From Candidatus Levybacteria bacterium RIFCSPHIGHO2_01_FULL_40_16 (GTDB lineage Bacteria > Patescibacteriota > Microgenomatia > Levybacterales > UBA12049), in assembly GCA_001783805.1 (NCBI GenBank), contig MFNS01000001.1:128649-192648 (forward strand): DNA of 64,000 nucleotides. Reading direction: 5' to 3'. This document shows positions 18,830 through 26,777 of this stretch, one piece after another. Position 1 is the first letter of the stretch. Every line of letters begins with the position of its first letter. The notes beneath the pieces were generated by a model that saw nothing but the letters and a program-made list of their open reading frames with translations, had not been told where the DNA came from and made no database searches. The position numbers and the translations under genes were made by a program.

Positions 18830-19657
18830 ATGGATAATACGAATACCCAGAGTGAGATCCATGAAATCGAAGTCAATCTGCTCCAATCCAATCCTCTTCA
18901 GCCCCGCGGAGCAATTACGCCTCAATCATTGAATGATTTAATTGATTCGATAAGAGAGCAGGGAATTCTCGAACCTTTGGTTATCGCCAAGACTCCGGCC
19001 GGATATCAAATTGTTGCAGGGGAAAGACGCTGGAGAGCGGCAAAACTACTTGGCCTTTCCAAAGTCCCGGTTGTAATTAAAGAAACTACGCCTCAAGGCA
19101 TGCTGGAAATGTCTATTGTCGAAAACGTACAAAGAGAAGACCTTAACCCGATTGAAAGGGCATTGGCATATAAAAGATTAATTGACGAATTCGGTCTTGG
19201 GACAAATGAAGTTGCCAGGAAAGTTGGAAAGTCCGCTCCAACAATTTCAAATACAATCAGACTTTTGTCTCTTCCGGATGCAATCAAGGATGCTCTTGTC
19301 GCCGGGGTAATTTCGGAAGGACATGTCCGTCCTTTGATCTCCTTGGGAGATCCGGCTCTGATGCTGGAATTGTTCCGAAAAATATTGCGCGAGAATAGCA
19401 CAGTCAGGCAGACCGAAGAAGAGGCTAGAAAAGCTAAAGGGGAAATCCAGAAGAAAGAACCGCGTACGGTTGAAGATAGATTATGGATTCCCGAGCTGGA
19501 CGGAATGGCAAAAAAAATTGCAGAAAAACATAACCTTGATAAGGTAACAATTTTTCAATCCAGCAAAAAAGCCAAAATATTAATCGAAATAAGAGGGGAC
19601 GTGGAGGTTACGGGGCCTAAGATAAAAACAATCAATAAACTTTTGCTTGGAACATAA
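18830..19657 (+). CDS. parB: ParB/Spo0J chromosome partitioning protein (no adjacent parA)
   Basis: ParB box GILEPLVIAKTPAGYQIVAGERRWRAAKLLGL and an HTH region. Stands alone after rpmA, with no ParA gene upstream. Confidence 0.85.
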   Translation: MDNTNTQSEIHEIEVNLLQSNPLQPRGAITPQSLNDLIDSIREQGILEPLVIAKTPAGYQIVAGERRWRAAKLLGLSKVPVVIKETTPQGMLEMSIVENVQREDLNPIERALAYKRLIDEFGLGTNEVARKVGKSAPTISNTIRLLSLPDAIKDALVAGVISEGHVRPLISLGDPALMLELFRKILRENSTVRQTEEEARKAKGEIQKKEPRTVEDRLWIPELDGMAKKIAEKHNLDKVTIFQSSKKAKILIEIRGDVEVTGPKIKTINKLLLGT

Positions 19658-20218
19658 TTAATTATGCGGGTTATTAACCACCCCCATCCTGTTTAGCGGC
19701 CAGTAAACGAAAAAAGATCTCCCAACAATAGATCTAAGCGGAACAAAGCCCCATTCTCTGGAGTCCGAACTGCCATTCCTATTATCACCCATAACAAAAT
19801 ATGAGTCCGCAGGCACCAGCACACTGGCATTCTCTTTAAGAAATGATCCTCCATAGGTTTTTACGGAAGAAGGTAGATACTCATTCTGGTTAAGAAGCTG
19901 TTCGTTTACATAAACATCTCCGTTTCTGACCATTATTCGATCTCCCGGAACCCCTATCACGCGTTTTATATAATCTTTTTCAGAGTCATTTGGCGCCTTA
20001 AATACGATAGTATCCCCATATTTCGGCTGACCGAATTTGAGAGCAATTATATTGGTTAAAACGTATTGTTTATCAAGGAAGGTTGGATACATGGAATTTC
20101 CACTGACTTGAAATGGACGGAATAAAAAAACATATATCACCAGAAAGACTGCAAAAACCAAAAGCAGGGTTTGAATTGTATCCAGTAAGAAACCATAAAT
20201 TTTTCTTAAAAATTCCAT
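19658..20218 (-). CDS. lepB: signal peptidase I
   Basis: SPase I boxes GNSMYPTF and GDNRNGSSDSREWGFVP. The ORF was trimmed to the internal ATG at 20218, because the longer ORF would read through the tRNA locus. Confidence 0.85.
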   Translation of the reverse strand: MEFLRKIYGFLLDTIQTLLLVFAVFLVIYVFLFRPFQVSGNSMYPTFLDKQYVLTNIIALKFGQPKYGDTIVFKAPNDSEKDYIKRVIGVPGDRIMVRNGDVYVNEQLLNQNEYLPSSVKTYGGSFLKENASVLVPADSYFVMGDNRNGSSDSREWGFVPLRSIVGRSFFVYWPLNRMGVVNNPHN

Positions 20219-20283
20219 AAAACTATTGTGCTTGATTTGCTTTCCTTTGTCAATGCGAAGCGGATGTTGTAAAATGGTGTTGA

Positions 20284-20467
20284 GGACCCGTGGTTCAGTG
20301 GTAGAACGCTTCATTCACACCTGCCCGACTTTGTGAATGGACTTGTAGTTCAGAGGTAGAACGCTCGCTTCACATGCGAGAGCTCGATGGTTCGAGTCCA
20401 TCCAAGTCCACACAAAGTCCAGTCAGGCGGGTTGAAGAGGTCAGAGGTTCGAATCCTCTCGGGTCCA
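20284..20467 (+). tRNA. interrupted outer tRNA-Val(CAC)-like gene with a 112-nt insertion at anticodon-loop position 37/38
   Basis: The two halves form a perfect cloverleaf, so both halves are clearly tRNA-derived. It is uncertain whether the outer gene is expressed or spliced.
- Acceptor GGACCCG/CGGGTCC.
- D-arm GTTC-AGTGGTA-GAAC.
- Anticodon stem CTTCA/TGAAG, loop TTCACA|T.
- T-arm AGAGG-TTCGAAT-CCTCT.
- 5' half 20284-20319, 3' half 20432-20467. Confidence 0.5.
20339..20410 (+). tRNA. tRNA-Val (anticodon CAC), complete, nested inside the insertion
   Basis: Manual cloverleaf: acceptor GGACTTG/CAAGTCC, D-arm GTTC-AGAGGTA-GAAC, anticodon stem CTCGC/GCGAG with loop TTCACAT (CAC), variable AGCTC, T-arm GATGG-TTCGAGT-CCATC, discriminator A. 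No encoded CCA. Confidence 0.85.
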
Positions 20468-20469
20468 CT

Positions 20470-21270
20470 GTGGATATATGCTTGATTTGTAAGACAGAAG
20501 ATAAATATCCTCTTTGTAGGAAATGCGCTAAAAAACCTTTTTTGGTTGAAAGAGCAAGGCAAATTCTCGCCAGCATAAGCGATCTTGATTCACTAAGGAA
20601 GATGTACGATTCAAAATATGCCGAAATCAAAAATTTAAATACGTCTTCTTTCTGGAACAGCAAGTTACAGGAATCAAAGCTGGGCAAACAGGACGGCATG
20701 ACTAAAGATAGGGTGAAAACAGCATTCGGATTTTTGCCAAGAAACGCCAAAAGGGTTTTAGATATTGGTGCGGGAAATGGATTTATTGAAGAATTGTTGA
20801 ACCGGAAGAATGTTAAAATCTTTGGCAATGATATCTCGGACGTTTCTATCAAAAATTTGAAAAATAGATTTAGGGGTCAATTCCGCAAGGAGTCAATCTA
20901 CAGAATGAGGTATTCAAAAAGATTTTTTGATGCTATTTTTGCTCTTGAGGTGTTGGAGCACGTTGCGCCAAGCAAGATCTTTAATTCTCTGAAGAAAATT
21001 AGAAAAATTTTAAGGATTAATGGATCGCTCATAATCTCGGTTCCCACAAATGAGGGTTTGGAGAAAATGAAAAACAATCCTAGCGGACACACCAGAACTT
21101 ATACGGAGAATCTAATAAGAGCCGAGTTAAAGATTGCAGGCTTCAAAATTCTCAAACTAAAAACATTATACGCTTTTAAGAGTTTTTATGGTTTTAAGAA
21201 AATTTCCTCAAAAATTCTGCGAAACAGGTGGAAGCCCAATGATATAGTTGTTTTGGCAAAAATTGCATGA
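20470..21270 (+). CDS. class I SAM-dependent methyltransferase with N-terminal Cys4 zinc ribbon
   Basis: The listed ORF 20374..21270 begins inside the tRNA locus, so it was trimmed to the GTG at 20470. N-terminal CLICK...CRKC. Methyltransferase motif I VLDIGAGNGFIEELL and motif block LIISVP. Confidence 0.65.
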   Translation: MDICLICKTEDKYPLCRKCAKKPFLVERARQILASISDLDSLRKMYDSKYAEIKNLNTSSFWNSKLQESKLGKQDGMTKDRVKTAFGFLPRNAKRVLDIGAGNGFIEELLNRKNVKIFGNDISDVSIKNLKNRFRGQFRKESIYRMRYSKRFFDAIFALEVLEHVAPSKIFNSLKKIRKILRINGSLIISVPTNEGLEKMKNNPSGHTRTYTENLIRAELKIAGFKILKLKTLYAFKSFYGFKKISSKILRNRWKPNDIVVLAKIA

Positions 21271-22292
21271 ATATTTTATTTTTTTCCCGTCGATTTTATC
21301 CCCATATAGGGGGAGTTGAGAAGCATGTTTTGGAAATTAGTCGGAACCTGATCAATAAAGGTCACAAAGTTATCGTTGTTACGGAACAGCATGCCCGTAA
21401 CTCTAAAATACAGGAAAATATTGAAGGAATTGATGTATTTAGGATTCCCAATCTAAGCGAGGGGTGGTTTAAGAAAATCCAGATTTGGAATTGGTTTTGG
21501 GCAAACAGAAAGCTTATAAAAAATGCAGACATTGTTCACTGCCATGACGTATTTTTTTGGTATTTACCGTTTAAATTTATATTTCCTTTTAAAAAAATAT
21601 TCACAACCTTTCATGGATATGAAGGTTACCCATTAACGTCAAAAGACATTTTAGTCCATAAAATATCGGAGAAATTATCAATGGGAAATATTTGCATTGG
21701 GGATTTTATTAAAAAATGGTACGGTACAAAACCAACTTTTGTTTCATACGGAGGAGTTAATAAAGTTAAAAGCGAAAAGTTAAAAGTTAAAAGTTCCGAA
21801 GGAGCGGTTTTTATCGGAAGACTTGACGAGCAAACGGGAATAATAACGTATGTTAAGGCGGTTGAGATAATCAAGAAGAAAATTCCAAATTTTGATTTTC
21901 TTATAATTGGAGATGGAAAACTTAAGACTGAAATTAGTGAAAAAATAAAAATATTGAAGCCCCGGAGCAATGCGGAAGAATACTTTAGAAAATATAGTTT
22001 TGCTTTTGTATCAAGATATCTCTCCATATTGGAAGCAATGGCTGCAAAAAGATTGGTCTTTGCAGTTTACGATAATCCTCTTAAGGAGGACTATTTAAGA
22101 ATGGCTCCTTTTTCGAAATATATTACAATTTCAAGTTCCCCATCCGAATTGGTTTCAAAAATTTCTTTTTATCTCGATAATCCTAGAGCTCAAGAGAAAA
22201 TGGTTAAAGAAGCAAATGCTTGGGTAAAAAAATATACTTGGGAAGAAATGACGGACATGTATTTAAAACTTTGGAAATCCGGAACGCATTAA
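21267..22292 (+). CDS. glycosyltransferase family 4 (GT-B)
   Basis: N-terminal MNILFFSRRFYPHIGGVEKHV typical of GT4/GT1 retaining transferases. Contains the heptamer repeat 21764-21791 (KVKSEKLKVKS). Confidence 0.75.
   Translation: MNILFFSRRFYPHIGGVEKHVLEISRNLINKGHKVIVVTEQHARNSKIQENIEGIDVFRIPNLSEGWFKKIQIWNWFWANRKLIKNADIVHCHDVFFWYLPFKFIFPFKKIFTTFHGYEGYPLTSKDILVHKISEKLSMGNICIGDFIKKWYGTKPTFVSYGGVNKVKSEKLKVKSSEGAVFIGRLDEQTGIITYVKAVEIIKKKIPNFDFLIIGDGKLKTEISEKIKILKPRSNAEEYFRKYSFAFVSRYLSILEAMAAKRLVFAVYDNPLKEDYLRMAPFSKYITISSSPSELVSKISFYLDNPRAQEKMVKEANAWVKKYTWEEMTDMYLKLWKSGTH
21764..21791 (+). repeat. heptanucleotide tandem repeat (AGTTAAA)x4, one variant unit, inside the GT4 gene
   Basis: agttaaaagcgaaaagttaaaagttaaa, encoding KVKSEKLKVK. 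Confidence 0.75.
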
Positions 22293-24038
22293 ACCAAATG
22301 CAAGCAGAATAATGAAAGAAGACAGACTAATTAATGATGATAATTTACGCACATTAGTATCCTGAAAAATCACTTCTACCCGATATAATCCCTTATCTAA
22401 ATTGAAAGTGATTACTCCCGGATAATTTGGATTCATAAAACTGAATGGATATAAATTGCCGTTTACTTTGACAATCCAATTTGGGAAGTATAATGTATTT
22501 TCTTTAAAGGCCGCATTTCCTGATGTTACGCGAATTGAATAGGCATGCTTATTGGGCCCCCTAAGCCCCTCAGTAATATTTGCTTTTCCTTGGAGAATAT
22601 CCATGTGCGGGACAACTCGCTGATTGATGTTAAATTTGTCAGAGTTAACCCATATCGTTGTTCCCGGGCCAATTTTAGCCATAGTTTGAGGTAAATCATG
22701 TAAAATAGCGGAATCCGTTAATAGGGGGAGCATTTTTCTATTGCCCCAGTTAAGCATGGTCGTTGTGACTGCAAGCAGACACAAAGCGATAAGGAATTGT
22801 TTATTGGGAATATTTTTTATCACAATGCCTGCAATTATCGACATAAAGAATGAAGTTAATAAAAGCAATCTAAATGAGAATTGGAAGGAGTTAATTAAAG
22901 GAACAGTTTTCCATATTGGGCTTGAAACGGATTGAGTTAGAAAAAGAAGAATCAGAAATGAAATGAGAGATATTAAGTATAGATTTTTTTCCTTAAATTT
23001 TTCTTTTAATTTTTTAAAAAATAAATAAATTGAAAACAAAATAATGGCCCATTCAACATAGCCTACGATAAAAGAGAGTTCTCCCTTGTGTCCTTGGAAT
23101 AGGAATCCCCATCCCCATGGTGAATAGAAGAGCTGATCCAGAGAAATAAATGAAACAACACCTTTTGTTAATAAATTTGTGTATTTTGCCTCTAAAATGG
23201 CAGGCAGCCAGTAAAAAGAAGACAGAATTATTCCGAATATTAAAGAAAAAATACTGTTAAATATAAAATAAAATTTTTTCTTATTTTTATTTAGGAAAAG
23301 ATACAGGCAATAAATTGCAATAAACGGCGTTGAAATAAGTGATATTGCCTGATGTGAAAGTATGAGAAGCGAAAAACTTACACTAGACAGAAAGAACCAT
23401 CGAAAAGTAAGGTTTTCTGACATTTTTTTTATTGTCAAAAAACAAAATGGCAGTATTGCAAACGCAATTACTTCTCCAATTGCCACTCTAAAATGTAAAT
23501 CCACAAGGTGGTAGGGAGAAAAAAGATAAAATAACGCGGCAATAAATGCGGAAAATTTATTCTTAATCTCCTCCTTTATGAAAAAATACATTGTAATTCC
23601 CGACGTAATAAATGAGAAAGCTAGAATAATTTTAAGACTATTAACAAAACTAAATCCTAGAAAATGAAAAAATGCGGTTAGGTAATAAGGCAAGGGGTAA
23701 GCGAAAAGAAAAAGCGGGTAACCGTAGCCGTAAATCATTTCGCTACTCCAGCGAGGAATGAAAACCCCTTCTTTTAAGGATTCATAAAACGACATCGCAA
23801 ATCCTGCATGCAAGCTTAGGTCTCCGCTTTCATATGACCCTTCTCTAAGAACGCTAATAAGAGGTAGGAAAGAGACGAGAATTAAAAGAAAAAATAGATT
23901 AATATTGCGTTTTGGGTAGACATATTTATAGGCTATTATCCCCAACAATAATAGCGTAGAAAATATTAAATTTACTACGATCATTCTGTAAGGGTCCGGC
24001 ATATGGATTATGGTATAGTATAAGAAATAAATAAGCAA
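22263..24038 (-). CDS. large polytopic membrane protein, probable GT-C fold glycosyltransferase
   Basis: 591 aa with more than 12 predicted TM helices, an N-terminal extracytoplasmic loop with acidic residues (EGSYESGDLSLH), and a long C-terminal soluble domain. Architecture resembles ArnT/PMT/YfhO-type enzymes. Confidence 0.5.
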   Translation of the reverse strand: MLIYFLYYTIIHMPDPYRMIVVNLIFSTLLLLGIIAYKYVYPKRNINLFFLLILVSFLPLISVLREGSYESGDLSLHAGFAMSFYESLKEGVFIPRWSSEMIYGYGYPLFLFAYPLPYYLTAFFHFLGFSFVNSLKIILAFSFITSGITMYFFIKEEIKNKFSAFIAALFYLFSPYHLVDLHFRVAIGEVIAFAILPFCFLTIKKMSENLTFRWFFLSSVSFSLLILSHQAISLISTPFIAIYCLYLFLNKNKKKFYFIFNSIFSLIFGIILSSFYWLPAILEAKYTNLLTKGVVSFISLDQLFYSPWGWGFLFQGHKGELSFIVGYVEWAIILFSIYLFFKKLKEKFKEKNLYLISLISFLILLFLTQSVSSPIWKTVPLINSFQFSFRLLLLTSFFMSIIAGIVIKNIPNKQFLIALCLLAVTTTMLNWGNRKMLPLLTDSAILHDLPQTMAKIGPGTTIWVNSDKFNINQRVVPHMDILQGKANITEGLRGPNKHAYSIRVTSGNAAFKENTLYFPNWIVKVNGNLYPFSFMNPNYPGVITFNLDKGLYRVEVIFQDTNVRKLSSLISLSSFIILLAFGLMRSGFPKF

Positions 24039-24039
24039 T

Positions 24040-24843
24040 ATGTTTCGAAAATTACTTCATGAAATAAGTGCAGAGAGAATGGATGCGGAAAATCCTTTAT
24101 TGCCGCCATTTTTTTATCAACAACAAAAAGCATATTCCTTTTGTATGAAATTTGCTAAAGATAAAGATGTTCTGGAAGTTGGAAGCGGGAGTGGATATGG
24201 TACTTATCGATTGGCAAAGGTTGCCAGTAATATTTTAGGAATAGATAGCAGTGAATTGGCTGTCAATAAAAGTAAGGAAAAATATAAAGCTGATAATCTC
24301 AATTTCATTTGGTCTAAAATAGAAGACTATAGAACAAAGCAGGAATTTGATGTTGTCATTGCTCTACAGGTACTAGAACATTTAGAAAAACCGGAATTAT
24401 TTTTGAGAAAAGTAGCAGCTATCTTAAAAAAGGAAGGTTTATTGTTAATAACCACTCCCAACAGCCAAACCCAATCATATAATGAAAATCCGTATCATTA
24501 TAAAGAATATTCTTTTGGAGAATTACGAAATTTTTTCTCAAAATACTTTAGAGAGGTAAATCTCTATGGAATTTCCGGAAACAGCGAGGTAAGAAACTTT
24601 GAGAGAGCGAGGAAAGACCATGTGCTTAGCCTATTGAGTGGGGATAGATTTAAGCTGAGAAGATTTCTTCCCAGAAAAATTAAACAGTTAGCTTTCGATT
24701 TAATTGCATATTTGAATAGATTTTTATATCAGCAAAGAGATAGAAGACTAAACCGAGAAATTTTAGAAGACGATTATAAGATTGCTAAAGAAAATGAACC
24801 CAACCCAATTGACATCATCGCTGTTTGTAGGCATTTAAGATAA
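24040..24843 (+). CDS. class I SAM-dependent methyltransferase
   Basis: Motif I VLEVGSGSGYGTYRLA, post-I DVVIALQVLEHL, LLLITTPN block. Confidence 0.7.
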   Translation: MFRKLLHEISAERMDAENPLLPPFFYQQQKAYSFCMKFAKDKDVLEVGSGSGYGTYRLAKVASNILGIDSSELAVNKSKEKYKADNLNFIWSKIEDYRTKQEFDVVIALQVLEHLEKPELFLRKVAAILKKEGLLLITTPNSQTQSYNENPYHYKEYSFGELRNFFSKYFREVNLYGISGNSEVRNFERARKDHVLSLLSGDRFKLRRFLPRKIKQLAFDLIAYLNRFLYQQRDRRLNREILEDDYKIAKENEPNPIDIIAVCRHLR

Positions 24844-25740
24844 CCCCTTGACCTGCTGAAATCTATTTTTTGCATAAAGAAATAATTCAAAAGTTGTAAA
24901 TAAAGAAAATCTTATCAAAATTCCCAAATATACAAGGAGATTTATCAGAAAAAATTTTCTTTGTGCGTGGTGTTTGTTGTAATACTGGAACATTCCTTTA
25001 TGAAAATTTAATAATGATTTGATTTTGAATTGCCTGGTTGTTCCTCCATGCATATGTTTTACTTTAATCTCTGGAAAATAATAAACGTTCCAACCTGCTT
25101 TTATTGCTCTATAGCAATAGTCGATGTCTTCACTATATATGAAGAATCTTTCGTCTAGATAGCCAATTTTTTTGGTTAGTTTTTTTCTTATGAGCATAAA
25201 GGCTCCCATTATACACTCGACTCTTGCAATTTCATCATCCGGCAAATGAGTAAGATAATAATTCAGGGATTTAATCTTTGGAAATATCTTATATAGTCCA
25301 ATTGTTTGAGAAAATACGTTTATTATTGTTGGTAAAGAGCGTTTGCAAGGTAAATCCAGAGACCCATCATGTTTTATTATTTTGCAACCGGAAATGCCTA
25401 TATTGGGATTTTTGTCCATAAATTTTATTATTAAATCCAAAGAAGAATCTTTCGTGAAGATAACGTCTGAGTTTAAGTGAAGAATATATCTGCTTTTAGA
25501 CAATTTGGTGCCGATATTATATGTTTTACTGTATCCTAAATTTTCTGTATTTTCTTTAATCTTAATTTTTGGAAACTTTTTCCTGACCATCTCTACGGAT
25601 TTATCAATTGACCCATCATCGACTACAATAATTTCAAAACTGATGTTCTTGGTATTTCGATATACGGAGGATAGAGTTCTTTTTAATAATTTTTCAGTGT
25701 TATAATTTCCGATAATTATTGATACGTCAAATTGTTTCAT
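24835..25740 (-). CDS. glycosyltransferase family 2
   Basis: VSIIIGNYNTEKLL...EIIVVDDGSIDKS GT-A/GT2 N-terminal fold with a DxD-type region (LHLNSDV). Confidence 0.8.
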   Translation of the reverse strand: MKQFDVSIIIGNYNTEKLLKRTLSSVYRNTKNISFEIIVVDDGSIDKSVEMVRKKFPKIKIKENTENLGYSKTYNIGTKLSKSRYILHLNSDVIFTKDSSLDLIIKFMDKNPNIGISGCKIIKHDGSLDLPCKRSLPTIINVFSQTIGLYKIFPKIKSLNYYLTHLPDDEIARVECIMGAFMLIRKKLTKKIGYLDERFFIYSEDIDYCYRAIKAGWNVYYFPEIKVKHMHGGTTRQFKIKSLLNFHKGMFQYYNKHHAQRKFFLINLLVYLGILIRFSLFTTFELFLYAKNRFQQVKGLS

Positions 25741-25826
25741 TTGTAATTATTGAATTTTATCATTTATTCTTTAGAAAAGTAAATTAGTTATTATTTGATG
25801 CTATAATATGAATTATTGTCCTAGAT

Positions 25827-26777
25827 TTGAGTATGAAAGTTTCATTTATCGCTACGGTTTATAATGAAGAAAAATCAGTACTGCTATTATTAAAATCTAT
25901 ATTCTCTCAGTCCAGACTTCCGGATGAAATTATTATTGTTGACGGCGGTAGTCGCGACCGGACGGTCGCTAAAATTAAGAATTTAAAATTAAAAATTAAA
26001 AATTATAATGGGAAGTTTAAAATTATTGTAAAAAAAGGGAATAGATCGGTTGGCAGGAATGAAGCGATAAAAAATTCGAGCAATGGAATTATTATTTGTT
26101 CGGATGCAGGATGCATACTCGACAAGAATTGGGTTAAGAACATCATAGAGCCTTTTATAAATCCAGGTGTGGATGTGGTTGCCGGATATTACAAAGGTAA
26201 CGCTAAAACAATTTTTCAAAAATGTTTAATTCCCTATGTTTTAGTGACGGAAGATAAAATTAATTCTCAAAACTTTCTTCCCGCCACCCGCTCAATGGCT
26301 TTTAAAAAGTCAATTTGGGAGAAAGTAGGTAGATTTCCTGAGGAATTTAGTAATAACGAAGATTATGTTTTCGCTAAAAAATTAAAAAAAATTTCCGCCA
26401 ACATTGTTTTTGAAAAAAGTGCAATAGCTTATTGGATGCCAAGGGACAACTTAAAAGATGCCTTTGCAATGTTCTACCGTTTTGCAAAAGGCGATTCCGA
26501 ATCCCGTATTTTTAGACCAAAGGTATTTCTAATTTTTCTCCGGTATATTCTCGGTTTGACTCTTTTGTCATTATTTTTTCTTTTAAAGTCAGACTTAATA
26601 CTTAATACTTTATACTTAATACTTATTATCTATGTCCTTTGGTCGATATTAAAAAATTATAAATACGTCAAGGATATCCGTGCAGTTTTATTTCTCCCTT
26701 TATTGCAAATTATTTCCGATATCGCCGTAATGCTGGGTACAATTGCAGGATTATTTTCTTTTGTAGACCTCGACTAG
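25827..26777 (+). CDS. glycosyltransferase family 2 with C-terminal TM helices
   Basis: VSFIATVYNEEKSV...EIIIVDGGSRDRT GT2 motifs and a C-terminal hydrophobic segment. Contains heptamer repeats at 25972-26006 and 26594-26628. Confidence 0.75.
   Translation: MSMKVSFIATVYNEEKSVLLLLKSIFSQSRLPDEIIIVDGGSRDRTVAKIKNLKLKIKNYNGKFKIIVKKGNRSVGRNEAIKNSSNGIIICSDAGCILDKNWVKNIIEPFINPGVDVVAGYYKGNAKTIFQKCLIPYVLVTEDKINSQNFLPATRSMAFKKSIWEKVGRFPEEFSNNEDYVFAKKLKKISANIVFEKSAIAYWMPRDNLKDAFAMFYRFAKGDSESRIFRPKVFLIFLRYILGLTLLSLFFLLKSDLILNTLYLILIIYVLWSILKNYKYVKDIRAVLFLPLLQIISDIAVMLGTIAGLFSFVDLD
25972..26006 (+). repeat. heptanucleotide tandem repeat (AAATTAA)x5 inside the GT2 gene
   Basis: aaattaagaatttaaaattaaaaattaaaaattat, encoding KNLKLKIKNY. 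Confidence 0.7.
26594..26628 (+). repeat. heptanucleotide tandem repeat (CTTAATA)x5 inside the same GT2 gene (TM region)
   Basis: cttaatacttaatactttatacttaatacttatta, encoding LILNTLYLILI. Confidence 0.75.

Noticed and set aside
20284-20320. A 5' partial duplicate of tRNA-Val as an attL/attR remnant of an integrase-mediated island
   Set aside because: The matching 3' half lies 112 nt downstream and completes a perfect cloverleaf around an inner tRNA. There is no integrase in the island, and no repeat of the tRNA-Thr or tRNA-Val 3' end at the opposite island boundary. The nested-tRNA interpretation fits better.
20374-20469. N-terminal 32 codons of listed ORF 20374..21270 (MRELDGSSPSKSTQSPVRRVEEVRGSNPLGS...)
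   Set aside because: This stretch is a translation of the tRNA-Val/outer-tRNA sequence. The CDS was trimmed to the GTG at 20470, directly after the tRNA 3' end.
20350-20852. Minus-strand ORFs 20350..20562 and 20370..20852
   Set aside because: They run antisense through the tRNA locus and the methyltransferase gene, with no motifs. Spurious.
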